Of a DNA stretch of 64,000 bases, positions 48,221 through 57,500 are shown one piece after another. The translations under genes and the position numbers were made by a program. The stretch spans positions 56,482-120,481 of the forward strand of contig JBQDYD010000006.1 of the NCBI GenBank assembly GCA_051967755.1. The letters are read 5' to 3'. The notes under the pieces are model-generated. The model was not told where the DNA came from. It saw nothing but the letters and a program-made list of their open reading frames with translations, and did no database searches. Source of the stretch: Alcanivorax sp. GTDB taxonomy: Bacteria > Pseudomonadota > Alphaproteobacteria > Micavibrionales > Micavibrionaceae. Every line of letters starts with the position of its first letter. Position 1 is the first letter of the stretch.

Positions 48221-48512
48221 TACGCACGTGCCACTGACCCTTCTGCAAGACAGTCATGGTTATGTAACGGCGTGAACGTTTTTGGACCGGGGCGGGTCTT
48301 TATAAGATCCCAACCGCCGAGATTTGAAAGGGTTTACGTTATGATACGTAATATTGCAGAGAGCAGAGGCTATTCCCCCTCTTTTAGTGTCTAACGGCTC
48401 TAATCCGTAAATAGGATTAGGGCTGGAAATCAGACTGACTAGGCTGCTTATTACGCATTCTATGCGTCCCCTTCTTTCTTGGCATTTTTGTTTTTAAAGA
48501 AAGGAGGCCATT
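48221..48512 (+). promoter_or_regulatory. long structured 5' leader with SD-sequestering helix (candidate cis-regulatory RNA)
   Basis: There is no long ORF. Hairpins occur at 48334-48351, 48400-48420 and 48453-48467. CCTTCTTTCTT (48470-48480) pairs with AAGAAAGGAGG (48497-48507), which contains the SD of the first gene. A 17-codon uORF lies at 48341-48394. Confidence 0.45.
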
Positions 48513-48950
48513 ATGGCTTTAAACACACAAACACAACCTTGGGGTCAGCACTTGATCCTCGATTTTAACGGATGCCCGAGAGATCTTTTGGCGTCTAAAG
48601 AAAACATCCTGAACTGGACGAAAGACCTTGTCGAAGCCATCGATATGGTTGCCTATGGCGAACCGATCGTTGAGCATTTCGCAACGCACTCTCACGAGGC
48701 TGCGGGCTATACGATGTTGCAGATGATCGAAACATCAAACATCGCCGCACACTTCGCAGAGAATATCGGCCAAGTTTACATTGATATCTTCTCTTGCAAG
48801 ACATTCGACGTTGAGAAAGCTCTGGATGTTTGTAAGAAATATTTCGCCCCTGAAACAGTGCACCAAGCATCAATCAGCCGTGGCTTTCATCAACAACTTC
48901 CGTTGAAAGACGGCCAGTATGAGGATGTTGACTATGTTCGGGCGGCCTAA
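48513..48950 (+). CDS. S-adenosylmethionine decarboxylase-like pyruvoyl proenzyme paralogue (substrate uncertain)
   Basis: 145 aa, colinear with small class 1 AdoMetDC (GQHLILDFNGC, IDIFSC). The processing-site string is MIETSNIAAHFAEN rather than SESH..HTWPE. Strong SD (AAGGAGG). Confidence 0.6.
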   Translation: MALNTQTQPWGQHLILDFNGCPRDLLASKENILNWTKDLVEAIDMVAYGEPIVEHFATHSHEAAGYTMLQMIETSNIAAHFAENIGQVYIDIFSCKTFDVEKALDVCKKYFAPETVHQASISRGFHQQLPLKDGQYEDVDYVRAA

Positions 48951-49851
48951 TTTTTTCGAAGATGTATACGGCATTTACCCGACCAAAGGCACCAAAGCAT
49001 TTCAAGGGTTTGAAGTGAATGAGGTGTTGTTTGAAGGCAAAAGCCCATATCAGGATGTTGCCATTTATGCCAATGACACGCTTGGCCGTGTATTGGTGTT
49101 AGACGGCATTGTGCAAATCACCGAGATGGATGAATTTATCTATCAGGAAATGATGGCACACGTCCCCCTATTCGCAAAAGGCAAGGCAGAAAATGTTCTG
49201 ATTATCGGCGGCGGTGACGGCGGTATTTTGCGCGAAGTTCTGCGTCATAAAACTGTGAAAAAAGCAGTAATGGCAGAGATTGACCAAATGGTTATTGATG
49301 CCTGCGTAGAGCACATGCCCTCTATCAACCAAGGCGGTGACGTGTATACGAACCCGCGCGCGGAGCTGATCGTTGGTGATGCGTTTAAATACGTTGCTGA
49401 AACCGATGTGAAATTCGATGCCGTGATTATCGATTCAACAGACCCGATCGGGCCTGGCGAAAAGCTGTTCACACCTGAGTTTTACGGCAATCTGGCGAAA
49501 ATCTTGAATGACGGCGCATGTGTTTCCACACAGGGCGGCGTTCCGATTTTCCAGCCCGGTGAGGTTGCAGGAACCATCGCATGCCTAAATGGCGCAGGCC
49601 TGAAGGCAAGCTGTTATCACGCGGCTGTGCCCACCTATTACGGCGGTTACATGACGCTTGGTTATGGCGTTAAGGCACAAAGCGGGCAACAGCCTGATTT
49701 GGCAACACTACAAAACCGCTATGCCGCGGCAGGGTTCGACACACGTCACTACAGCCCTGAAATGCATCTTGCTTCGTTTGTCCTTCCGCCTTGGATCGCA
49801 AAAGACGCAGGACTTGATCAAAGCCAACATGAAAAGAAGGAGGCCGCATAA
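48934..49851 (+). CDS. speE: spermidine synthase (polyamine aminopropyltransferase)
   Basis: KSPYQDVAIY, LVLDGIVQITEMDEFIYQEMMAH, IIGGGDGGILREV and IIDSTDPIGPG are typical SpeE motifs. The ATG at 48934 (SD GAGGA) is preferred over 48919. Confidence 0.92.
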   Translation: MFGRPNFFEDVYGIYPTKGTKAFQGFEVNEVLFEGKSPYQDVAIYANDTLGRVLVLDGIVQITEMDEFIYQEMMAHVPLFAKGKAENVLIIGGGDGGILREVLRHKTVKKAVMAEIDQMVIDACVEHMPSINQGGDVYTNPRAELIVGDAFKYVAETDVKFDAVIIDSTDPIGPGEKLFTPEFYGNLAKILNDGACVSTQGGVPIFQPGEVAGTIACLNGAGLKASCYHAAVPTYYGGYMTLGYGVKAQSGQQPDLATLQNRYAAAGFDTRHYSPEMHLASFVLPPWIAKDAGLDQSQHEKKEAA

Positions 49852-50265
49852 ATGAACACACATAACACTGACTTTTTCTCTGTTTGTCCGCAAACAGGTG
49901 ATGAATATGCAGGACGTCATGTTCTGGCCGACTTTTGGGGCGTTGAGCGCATGGGCGATTTGGAATTCATCCAAAATGCGATCGAGCAAAGCGCAAATAC
50001 AGCAGGCGCAACGATTTTACACTCATACTATCACCCATTTGGTGAAGGCATGGGCGTAAGCGGCGTAACTGTTTTATCTGAAAGCCATATCAGCATTCAC
50101 ACATGGCCGGAGCGCAACTTCGCGTCCGTGGACATCTTTATGTGCGGCGACTGTAACCCTGACGTCGCACTCAAGCATCTGGAGAGCGTGTTCAAGCCCG
50201 AGAGCATAACACGATCTTTAGAAAAACGTGGTGTAGTGCGTGCAGCAGCTCAGCTTGTTGCATAA
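49852..50265 (+). CDS. speD: S-adenosylmethionine decarboxylase proenzyme (small, class 1)
   Basis: 137 aa with the canonical self-processing/active-site string GVTVLSESHISIHTWPE and VDIFMCG. Its ATG follows the speE TAA directly. Confidence 0.9.
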   Translation: MNTHNTDFFSVCPQTGDEYAGRHVLADFWGVERMGDLEFIQNAIEQSANTAGATILHSYYHPFGEGMGVSGVTVLSESHISIHTWPERNFASVDIFMCGDCNPDVALKHLESVFKPESITRSLEKRGVVRAAAQLVA

Positions 50266-50294
50266 ACGAACCCAACTTTCTTTAAAAACGAAGA

Positions 50295-50328
50295 CAGCGC
50301 ATCCCCCCGGGTGCGCTGCTCTTTTTTT
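50295..50328 (+). terminator. rho-independent terminator after the polyamine operon
   Basis: CAGCGCATCC-CCCC-GGGTGCGCTG, a stem of about 10 bp including one G.U, followed by CTCTTTTTTT. Confidence 0.8.
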
Positions 50329-50345
50329 CATTTATGTCTTACACA

Positions 50346-50870
50346 TTACCGAATGTGTTTTTTACACGGATTATTGTTGGTCATGATGTAATGCGGGTTC
50401 ACATATTCGTATTCTTTATTTTCCAAATATGCATGTACTTTATGCTCTTTATGTCGTGCATAACGCATACAAAGCTGATGCCTTGTCATTGTCACATTAC
50501 TTTCGCCTTTATCGCTTACAAACGCCGCATACTCTTCCTCACTCATCTCTTTATCGTCATACTTTTTCTGTGTTTCACAAATCAAAATTGCTTCATCATG
50601 ATCTTTCACGATACGTTTTTTCATCAGCATGGAAACAGCTTTATCTACTTTATTTTTAGAATCCGCAAATATCTTTTCATTCGTTTCCTTTGCCTTTTCT
50701 GACATTTCATTGACCATGCCCATATTGCATTCACAAAAAGCAACAGGCTTATCTCTGCCTGTGCAGTACTCCACGAATTTATCCTTGTGCACACGTGAAA
50801 CAAAACTTTCCGCTTCTGCTACACCTGAGAATATTAAAAAACAAAATACAGATAATACAAAGCCCCTCAT
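50346..50870 (-). CDS. hypothetical secreted Cys-containing protein
   Basis: Signal peptide (..FSGVAEAES), Lys/Glu-rich, with a C-x9-C-x-C motif (YCTGRDKPVAFCEC). AT-rich. Confidence 0.45.
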   Translation of the reverse strand: MRGFVLSVFCFLIFSGVAEAESFVSRVHKDKFVEYCTGRDKPVAFCECNMGMVNEMSEKAKETNEKIFADSKNKVDKAVSMLMKKRIVKDHDEAILICETQKKYDDKEMSEEEYAAFVSDKGESNVTMTRHQLCMRYARHKEHKVHAYLENKEYEYVNPHYIMTNNNPCKKHIR

Positions 50871-50970
50871 TCATGGCCTCCTTATTTATAGTTGAAACAA
50901 GAAGATAAGAATAATTCCCAAGCATGTCTAACAAGAATTACAAAATTACTGCTGAAAAATGGCCAGGCTT

Positions 50971-51477
50971 TTAATCCTTAGGCTTCCCCACCTCACCTGA
51001 CTTGGCTTCTTCTTCCAATTTCTGGCGGTATTCTTCTTTAATCTCTTCTAAAATCTTTTGCTGCTCTTCAGGGGGCAGTGCATCGAATTCCTCTTGGGTA
51101 TATCCCTTTTGTGCCAAAGCTTGCGCGATATATCGCTCCTCAGGTGTCATCTCCATAAATTCCCTGAACTCCTCAACCGCGCTACTGGTTTCTGCCTCTT
51201 CGACCTGCACTTTTTCAACTTGCTGCGTTCCCATCATTTCCTGCGCCTTCAATAGGGAAGAAAATGTTTCATGAGTGAGCGAGTTCTGAGACTCAACGGC
51301 AGGATTTTCTGTCTTCACAGAAAATTCTTCCTGCTTTTTCTGCTCAATCGCCCTATCGTTTTTCTGGGCATCACTCATTTGAGATAAGCTGTAAATCAAA
51401 TTAGGGCTGGAGTTGGTGGCATTAATCATACAAAAAGCATTCCTGTTTTCACAAAATATATTGTGTTTAACAAGCAA
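50971..51477 (-). CDS. hypothetical Glu-rich protein
   Basis: 168-aa ORF (possibly starting at MINATN, 51429) that is strongly acidic and helical. No family recognised. Confidence 0.4.
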   Translation of the reverse strand: MLVKHNIFCENRNAFCMINATNSSPNLIYSLSQMSDAQKNDRAIEQKKQEEFSVKTENPAVESQNSLTHETFSSLLKAQEMMGTQQVEKVQVEEAETSSAVEEFREFMEMTPEERYIAQALAQKGYTQEEFDALPPEEQQKILEEIKEEYRQKLEEEAKSGEVGKPKD

Positions 51478-51621
51478 TCTTCATGCCAACATCTTTCTAT
51501 GAGGACAGCCCGCTGCTTTCTTACGAATAGCCATAGATTTATGCAGCATTTTGCCATATAAACGAGCCAACGTTAGAGCACAGTTTTTAAAGTAAAATGT
51601 GAAGACTCGCATAATTAGGAA

Positions 51622-54564
51622 ATGGCAATAAAACCAAAAATATCAGAGACACTCGCACGGCCGGCCATATTGCACTATGTCCTGCCTGTCGTGATGCTGT
51701 ATCTGGTTATTGGTACGGTTGCGCAAAAATATATCGGCCTGTTTGAAGCCACCAAGATTTTCTTTTCCTCGCCTATACTCATGCTCGGCGGGTTTATTCC
51801 GTTACCCGGCCTACCGCTTTTGATCGGTCTGATCTTTATTAATCTCAGTTTTAAACTTCTGTTCAAAAGCCCGTGGACTTGGCGAAATTCAGGTATCATC
51901 GTGACCCATATCGGGGTGATGCTTTTGCTGGTCGGGGGATTATTTACCGCCCTTTTCAGTTCCGAAGGCTATATCGATCTGGCGCCGGGACAAACGAAAT
52001 CATTTGTCACTGATTACCACACACGCGTTTTCGTCGTCATGGATAATGAAGGCACAATTATCAAAAAATTTGAACATGATGCTCTCTCCGTCGGGCAGAC
52101 ACTAACTATACCGACGACACCACTAAAAATTGAAATCCTTGAAGCTTGCCGTCATTGTAAAATCGTCGCGCGCCAAGACGCAACCGATGCCTATCAAGGG
52201 ATGGCGCAACATATGTCACTGCAGGCAGATACGCCGCGTAAATTAAACGAAGAAAATTTCTCAGGCCTGACATTTGCAATAAAGGGAAGTGATAACAACG
52301 GTGTATATACTGTTCTTGAGGGCATACCAAAGCTCCCTAAAGTTACGGCAGGTGATCAAACCTATCACATCGAACTACGCCGAGAACAACGCAAACTTCC
52401 GTTTCGAATAGAGCTATTGGAATTTAAGCGTGAAATGCACCCCGGCACCGCGATGGCCAAAGCCTATAGCTCTCGCGTGCGCATCTATGATGGCGATGCG
52501 CAATGGGAAAGCCTGATCCGAATGAATGAGCCGTTACGGTACAAAGGTTACAGCTTCTTCCAATCTTCATTTATCGAAACGCCTAGTGGCGATATGTCGG
52601 TTCTGGCTGTTGTTTGGAATGCGGGGCGTACTTTCCCCTATCTATCAGGCATCGCGGTGTGTTTAGGGATCATCCTTCACATGTTTGCCCGCAGACAAAT
52701 GCGTGGGCAATCTCGCAAGCAAACCAAAAAGAGCACAAAGAAAGCACTCAGTTCACTTGCGCTTTTAATACTTTGCCTATTCCCGCACAAGGCGATGGCC
52801 GAGCAATTTGACCTGAAAACTTTCGCGACACTGCCTGTGATGCATGAGGGGCGTATCAAACCCCTAGACAGTTTTGCCAGATCCATCCAAAAAACACTCT
52901 CAGGGCGTGAGGAAAAGCCGATATTGTGGCTCACGGAAACCTTATTTAACCCTGCACTCGCAGAAAAAACGCCCATTTTGAAGGTCACAAACCCTGACCT
53001 TTTAAACATGTTAGAGATCGAACACCGCGACGATAAACTCTATAATCACCGTGAAATCAGCACGGCCCTTGCTCAGAAACAGGATATTCTGTCCTCCATC
53101 TTGAAAACACCGGAAGATGACTGGACGCCTGCACAAAAAGACTTCGTCACCCTGCAGAAAAACTCCGTATTACTCGGCGACCTCCTCAGCAGCATGACAC
53201 TGTTCTTGCCGCTTTCCGTTCCATTACCTGATGACCTGCCCGAAGAATTGGCGGAGTACAGAAACAAGCAGCTAAGCTATGTTGAAATTTCCAAAATAAA
53301 ACCAACGCTGGATGCGCACCTCAAAAGCATATTGGGGGATAAAGGAACAGACATTGCGGAATATTCGGAAAGCCAGCAAACAACCGCTTATATTTCCTTC
53401 ACTCTGGCAAATTTAGAGGCCGCAGGCGCCCGCAGCGATGCCTTGCGCACACTTCCTGTTGAAAATGATGAATGGCTCTCTCCATGGATATATCAGCTCA
53501 AGAATACAAATAAGAACAAATCAGAATTATTCAAAAACTGGAAAAATCTGGCCATCGCGTACCACGGCAGTGACGCAACGCGTTGGAATGAAACATTACA
53601 ACAGATGCACAGTAGTTTTGAAACAGACGGGTTAAAAGAAGACAAGTTAAAGGCGGAGTTCCTGTATAACACGCTCGCCCCCTACCATATCAGTAACATC
53701 GCCTATGCAGTATCACTGCTATTTGCTGTCTGCTTTATCTATTTCGGCAAAAACATCTTCATCAAAATCTCTGCGCTTATGATGACAGGCGGTATTATCA
53801 TGCATAGCGCCGGCATTTTAACGCGCATGTATATCCTTGAACGCCCGCCCGTTAGCACCCTCTATGAATCAATTTTATTTGTCGGGCTTACCATCACAAT
53901 TTACGGGCTGCTATCCTACCTTAATGACAAAAAAGCCTTCTGGCTGGCGCTCTGCGCTGGCTTGGGATGCGTTTTGCACATCTTGGGTTTTTCATTTAAC
54001 AATGATGGTGACAGCCTACTGATGTTGACGGCCGTTTTAAACACAAACTTCTGGCTTGCCACCCATGTGATTTGCATCACGGCCGGCTATGGGTTTTGTA
54101 TCGTCACCAGCCTGCTGTCTCATTATGCCCTGACCATCAGCGCCATGGGAAAAAACGATGACGGCCTGTTTAAACACATCCACTTTGCGGCTCTGCTTTC
54201 CCTGCTGTTCGCCGCTGTCGGGACAGTTCTGGGCGGGATATGGGCCGACCAAAGCTGGGGGCGTTTCTGGGGTTGGGACCCAAAAGAAAACGGTGCGTTG
54301 CTTATTGTTTTGTGGCTGGTATGGGTACTGCACGGGCGCATATGCGGACAAATGTCAAAGCCTATGGTGATGGCGGGCTTGGCATATCTCTCTGTCATTG
54401 TTGCCTTATCATGGTTTGGCGTAAACCTGCTCAGCGTGGGTTTGCATGCTTATGGCTTCACCGACACAGCCGCATGGATTTTGGGCGCGATTATTGCCGG
54501 TGAAACGATTATAATCGGCGCTCTATCTTATTTGACAATCACGCGAAAAACGCACAAAGCCTGA
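51622..54564 (+). CDS. ccsBA: fused System II cytochrome c synthetase CcsBA (ResB-like + CcsA)
   Basis: 980 aa. The N-terminus is a ResB/CcsB-like module (TM helices, IVTHIGVMLLLVGG, large periplasmic domain, RYKGYSFFQSS). The C-terminus is CcsA with the WWD motif (WGRFWGWDPKENGAL) and conserved TM His residues. Confidence 0.85.
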   Translation: MAIKPKISETLARPAILHYVLPVVMLYLVIGTVAQKYIGLFEATKIFFSSPILMLGGFIPLPGLPLLIGLIFINLSFKLLFKSPWTWRNSGIIVTHIGVMLLLVGGLFTALFSSEGYIDLAPGQTKSFVTDYHTRVFVVMDNEGTIIKKFEHDALSVGQTLTIPTTPLKIEILEACRHCKIVARQDATDAYQGMAQHMSLQADTPRKLNEENFSGLTFAIKGSDNNGVYTVLEGIPKLPKVTAGDQTYHIELRREQRKLPFRIELLEFKREMHPGTAMAKAYSSRVRIYDGDAQWESLIRMNEPLRYKGYSFFQSSFIETPSGDMSVLAVVWNAGRTFPYLSGIAVCLGIILHMFARRQMRGQSRKQTKKSTKKALSSLALLILCLFPHKAMAEQFDLKTFATLPVMHEGRIKPLDSFARSIQKTLSGREEKPILWLTETLFNPALAEKTPILKVTNPDLLNMLEIEHRDDKLYNHREISTALAQKQDILSSILKTPEDDWTPAQKDFVTLQKNSVLLGDLLSSMTLFLPLSVPLPDDLPEELAEYRNKQLSYVEISKIKPTLDAHLKSILGDKGTDIAEYSESQQTTAYISFTLANLEAAGARSDALRTLPVENDEWLSPWIYQLKNTNKNKSELFKNWKNLAIAYHGSDATRWNETLQQMHSSFETDGLKEDKLKAEFLYNTLAPYHISNIAYAVSLLFAVCFIYFGKNIFIKISALMMTGGIIMHSAGILTRMYILERPPVSTLYESILFVGLTITIYGLLSYLNDKKAFWLALCAGLGCVLHILGFSFNNDGDSLLMLTAVLNTNFWLATHVICITAGYGFCIVTSLLSHYALTISAMGKNDDGLFKHIHFAALLSLLFAAVGTVLGGIWADQSWGRFWGWDPKENGALLIVLWLVWVLHGRICGQMSKPMVMAGLAYLSVIVALSWFGVNLLSVGLHAYGFTDTAAWILGAIIAGETIIIGALSYLTITRKTHKA

Positions 54565-57500
54565 TTACAAATCAAGCTCTGCCTGCCTGTTATGGTCATT
54601 ATTATTAGAGGCATAAGCCACCAACGCATCAATATCCAAATCAGGGCTGGTTCTGTTTTTGATACCGTAAGTATCTTTACCAGTCCATTTCCCTTTATGC
54701 GATAGCGTTCCTGAACGTAAAGCAGAGCCGTGCCCCCTAAACGTTGCTTCGGCCGCCTTCGGATCACCTTGCCCGTAATGCTCCATAATTTTATCTTTAT
54801 CAACGCCCGCATCCAGCTTGCCTTGAATATCATCTTCAACCATGTAAATCAGTGAAAATGCAGGTGCATTTTTCGCATGATCCCTTAGGGTTTCCGCCTG
54901 AACGGTCGGCCACTTTTCTTTCGTGCGCTCACCAAGACCAAATTCAAGGCTGTTATTTTCCGGGCGAACAATTTTGATGATATCATCAAAACCATCTTCC
55001 ATCGTTACGCCCTGCCCCTTTTGTGTTAAGGACGCCTCAGTCATCGCAATAAATACTGCGCGGTCGTAATAGACCTTGCTCAGATATAGCTCTTCCTGTG
55101 ATACATCCTCATCACCATTATAGTGCAGAGTTAGCTTTTTAGAATCCGCATCACGTTTCCATGCAACCTCTCGCCCCACTTTAATCGCGCGGTCAAATGT
55201 CCATTCATCGGCCTTTCCGTCTGTTAACCCATCATACAGATGCGTCGCATTAAACCGGCCGGCATCAACAAGGTTTCTGGAAAATATTGCCTCATCCCAG
55301 TCATCATTATGCATTAAGTCCTGAATATCACTGACTTTGATTTGCTTTGACGGATCATTCTTACGATCATAAAAATCATCATGCAACGCATCGTGAAAAC
55401 GTCTCATTGCACTTCCTGTTGCCATAAATCCTGCATGAAATGATTGCATCGTGTGCAAGGTCTGATCCTTACCAATCGCACGTAAGGATGACGTTGCCTT
55501 TGAATTTCCTTTGGCTTTACCTGCCTCCGGGCGTGCACCGTTATTTTGATAACCGATTGTATTTGGCGTCCCTGCCTTTTCAACCATGCTGTCCAAAATA
55601 TATTTTGACCCGGGTTTTCCGTCATCGCCCGTCAAAACGACCTGCCTGAATGTATCATATTCAAGGATCGCACGATCACGAATAACGCGCTGCAGATCAT
55701 CCATTGCAGGTGAAAAGCGTGCGCGCTCATCAATAAATGCATGATCAGGCACATGCCCCTTCATATCGAGGTAATCCTGAATGATATTCGTCAACTTTCC
55801 TGTGAAGTCGTCCTTTACCTGATCAGGCGTTGCACTTGCATAACGTTTTGTGCGCCCCTGCTCTGTGTACAAAATGCTGGTTGCCATGATCATCATCTTG
55901 TCATCATATTCATCCAGCTCTTCGCCGTTTTTCTGCTTTTCCTCAAAAATATCTTTCAGTTCCTGCGCCAAAATACGGCGCACCATATCAACATCACCGC
56001 CAAAACGGTTTAACGATTGGCCACCGCCGATCATCACCTCAACTGGCACTTTCATGTCATAGGCTTCGTGCACGATATCCCTGTATGCCTGTATGGCCTG
56101 TAAACGGGTGAAGGAGCCGCCAACTTTCTCTGCATCACTTGCAGGGCGCATAACATGCAATGTTTCATGCAGGCGTTTAAACAGATCCGGCATTTTCGCC
56201 TTTCTGTTCTCCATATTTTCCGATCCGCCCTTTTCATTAAAATGACGCACCAAAGTCGGCTGACGTGCAAGGTTCGCCGGATCTTCGTTCAATGACATGT
56301 GCTTCATATGTACCATGCCATATAAGTCGGCAATAAACTTCTGACGTGGGGAACCAATTTCCTGCGCATCAGAGATAACGCCCTCCTGGAATTTGAACGG
56401 GAATAAACCACGCAACTTCATGCGGTCTGCATATGCTTTTTCCTGATCGGGATAACCATTACCGCCATCTGATACTTTCTTGAAAGAAAGCTCATTAGTG
56501 CTTTCCAAAATGTGAATAATCTCATCGCGGTTTCCGTTCTGGCGCGCGTGATCAAGAATGCGTTCCCAGTGCATATATTGAACATCTTGCGGCAACTCAG
56601 AAAACTTACCCGCAATCATCAATTCTTCACGATCTTTCTGCGTTAAAACGCCCAATCCCCAGAACGCGTCAGATTCAAACATGTTATCGAGCATGTCGAT
56701 ATAAACATAATCATTATGGCGGGTTTGCCCTTTCTCCAAAGCAAAGCCATTTCGCCTTACCGTACGGTATGCTTCATCAATCGCATGCGTACTATCGCGA
56801 TCATGTTCGGCAAGATCTTTTCGCAAATGATCCAACTGCTCTACGGTATTCTCATAAAAATCCAAACCGCGATGATCATCCAAATGATCATATATTTGTG
56901 AAAGTTGCTCAAACATACCGTCATATTCATTATCATAGAACTGGCGATAAACTGTCTCTCGCTCTTCCGGTGCAGTTTCCGCAAGTTTAGTCGTGATGTG
57001 ACGTGAACGATCATACACCGGCTTTAGCTTTTGCATAACCGAATCCGCATCATGCTGAAGCTGCTTTAACTCTTCGCGCAACTCATGCGGAATATTTCCT
57101 TTCGCCGCTTGCGCTAAATTTGTAGATAAATCTGACATCGCCTCCATGGTGGTGGTCGACATCTTCATCATCATTGCAAAGCCTTCGGCATTATTTTTAC
57201 CATCGGCATCATAATCCCAGCTACGCGGGCCTGTATTCAATAGAATGTCGGTATGCGCGCCCGTTTCTTCGTAAATAATCTGCTCTACATCACGGTCTAA
57301 CTGATTGACCCCCTCATTATGAATACGGGCACATTTATTACTGTAATCGGTTTCATCCAGCATATTTGACTTTTTAGATGCACCGTAATTATCACTCTCC
57401 AGCATTTCGGTGACAGCCGTGCGCAATGCCTCCTCACGTTGATCTGCAGGCGCCTCAGCGGCTTTAACCAAATTACGGCTTAGGCGGATACCATTTTGGC

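Noticed and set aside
48137-48512. Whether the long ORF-free region is a known housekeeping RNA (SRP/4.5S, 6S, RNase P, tmRNA).
   Set aside because: None of the signature strings I know are present: the SRP GGAA/AGCA tetraloop helix, RNase P GAGGAAAGUCCGG, or a tmRNA tRNA-like acceptor with a tag ORF. The 3' end is also coupled to the SD of the next gene, which fits a cis-acting leader.
50334-50702. 122-aa plus-strand ORF (Phe/Ile/Cys-rich) opposite the secreted protein gene.
   Set aside because: Its composition is a typical artefact of AT-rich antisense sequence, and the terminator at 50295-50328 ends plus-strand transcription just upstream. The minus-strand ORF, which has a signal peptide, is preferred, although neither is proven.
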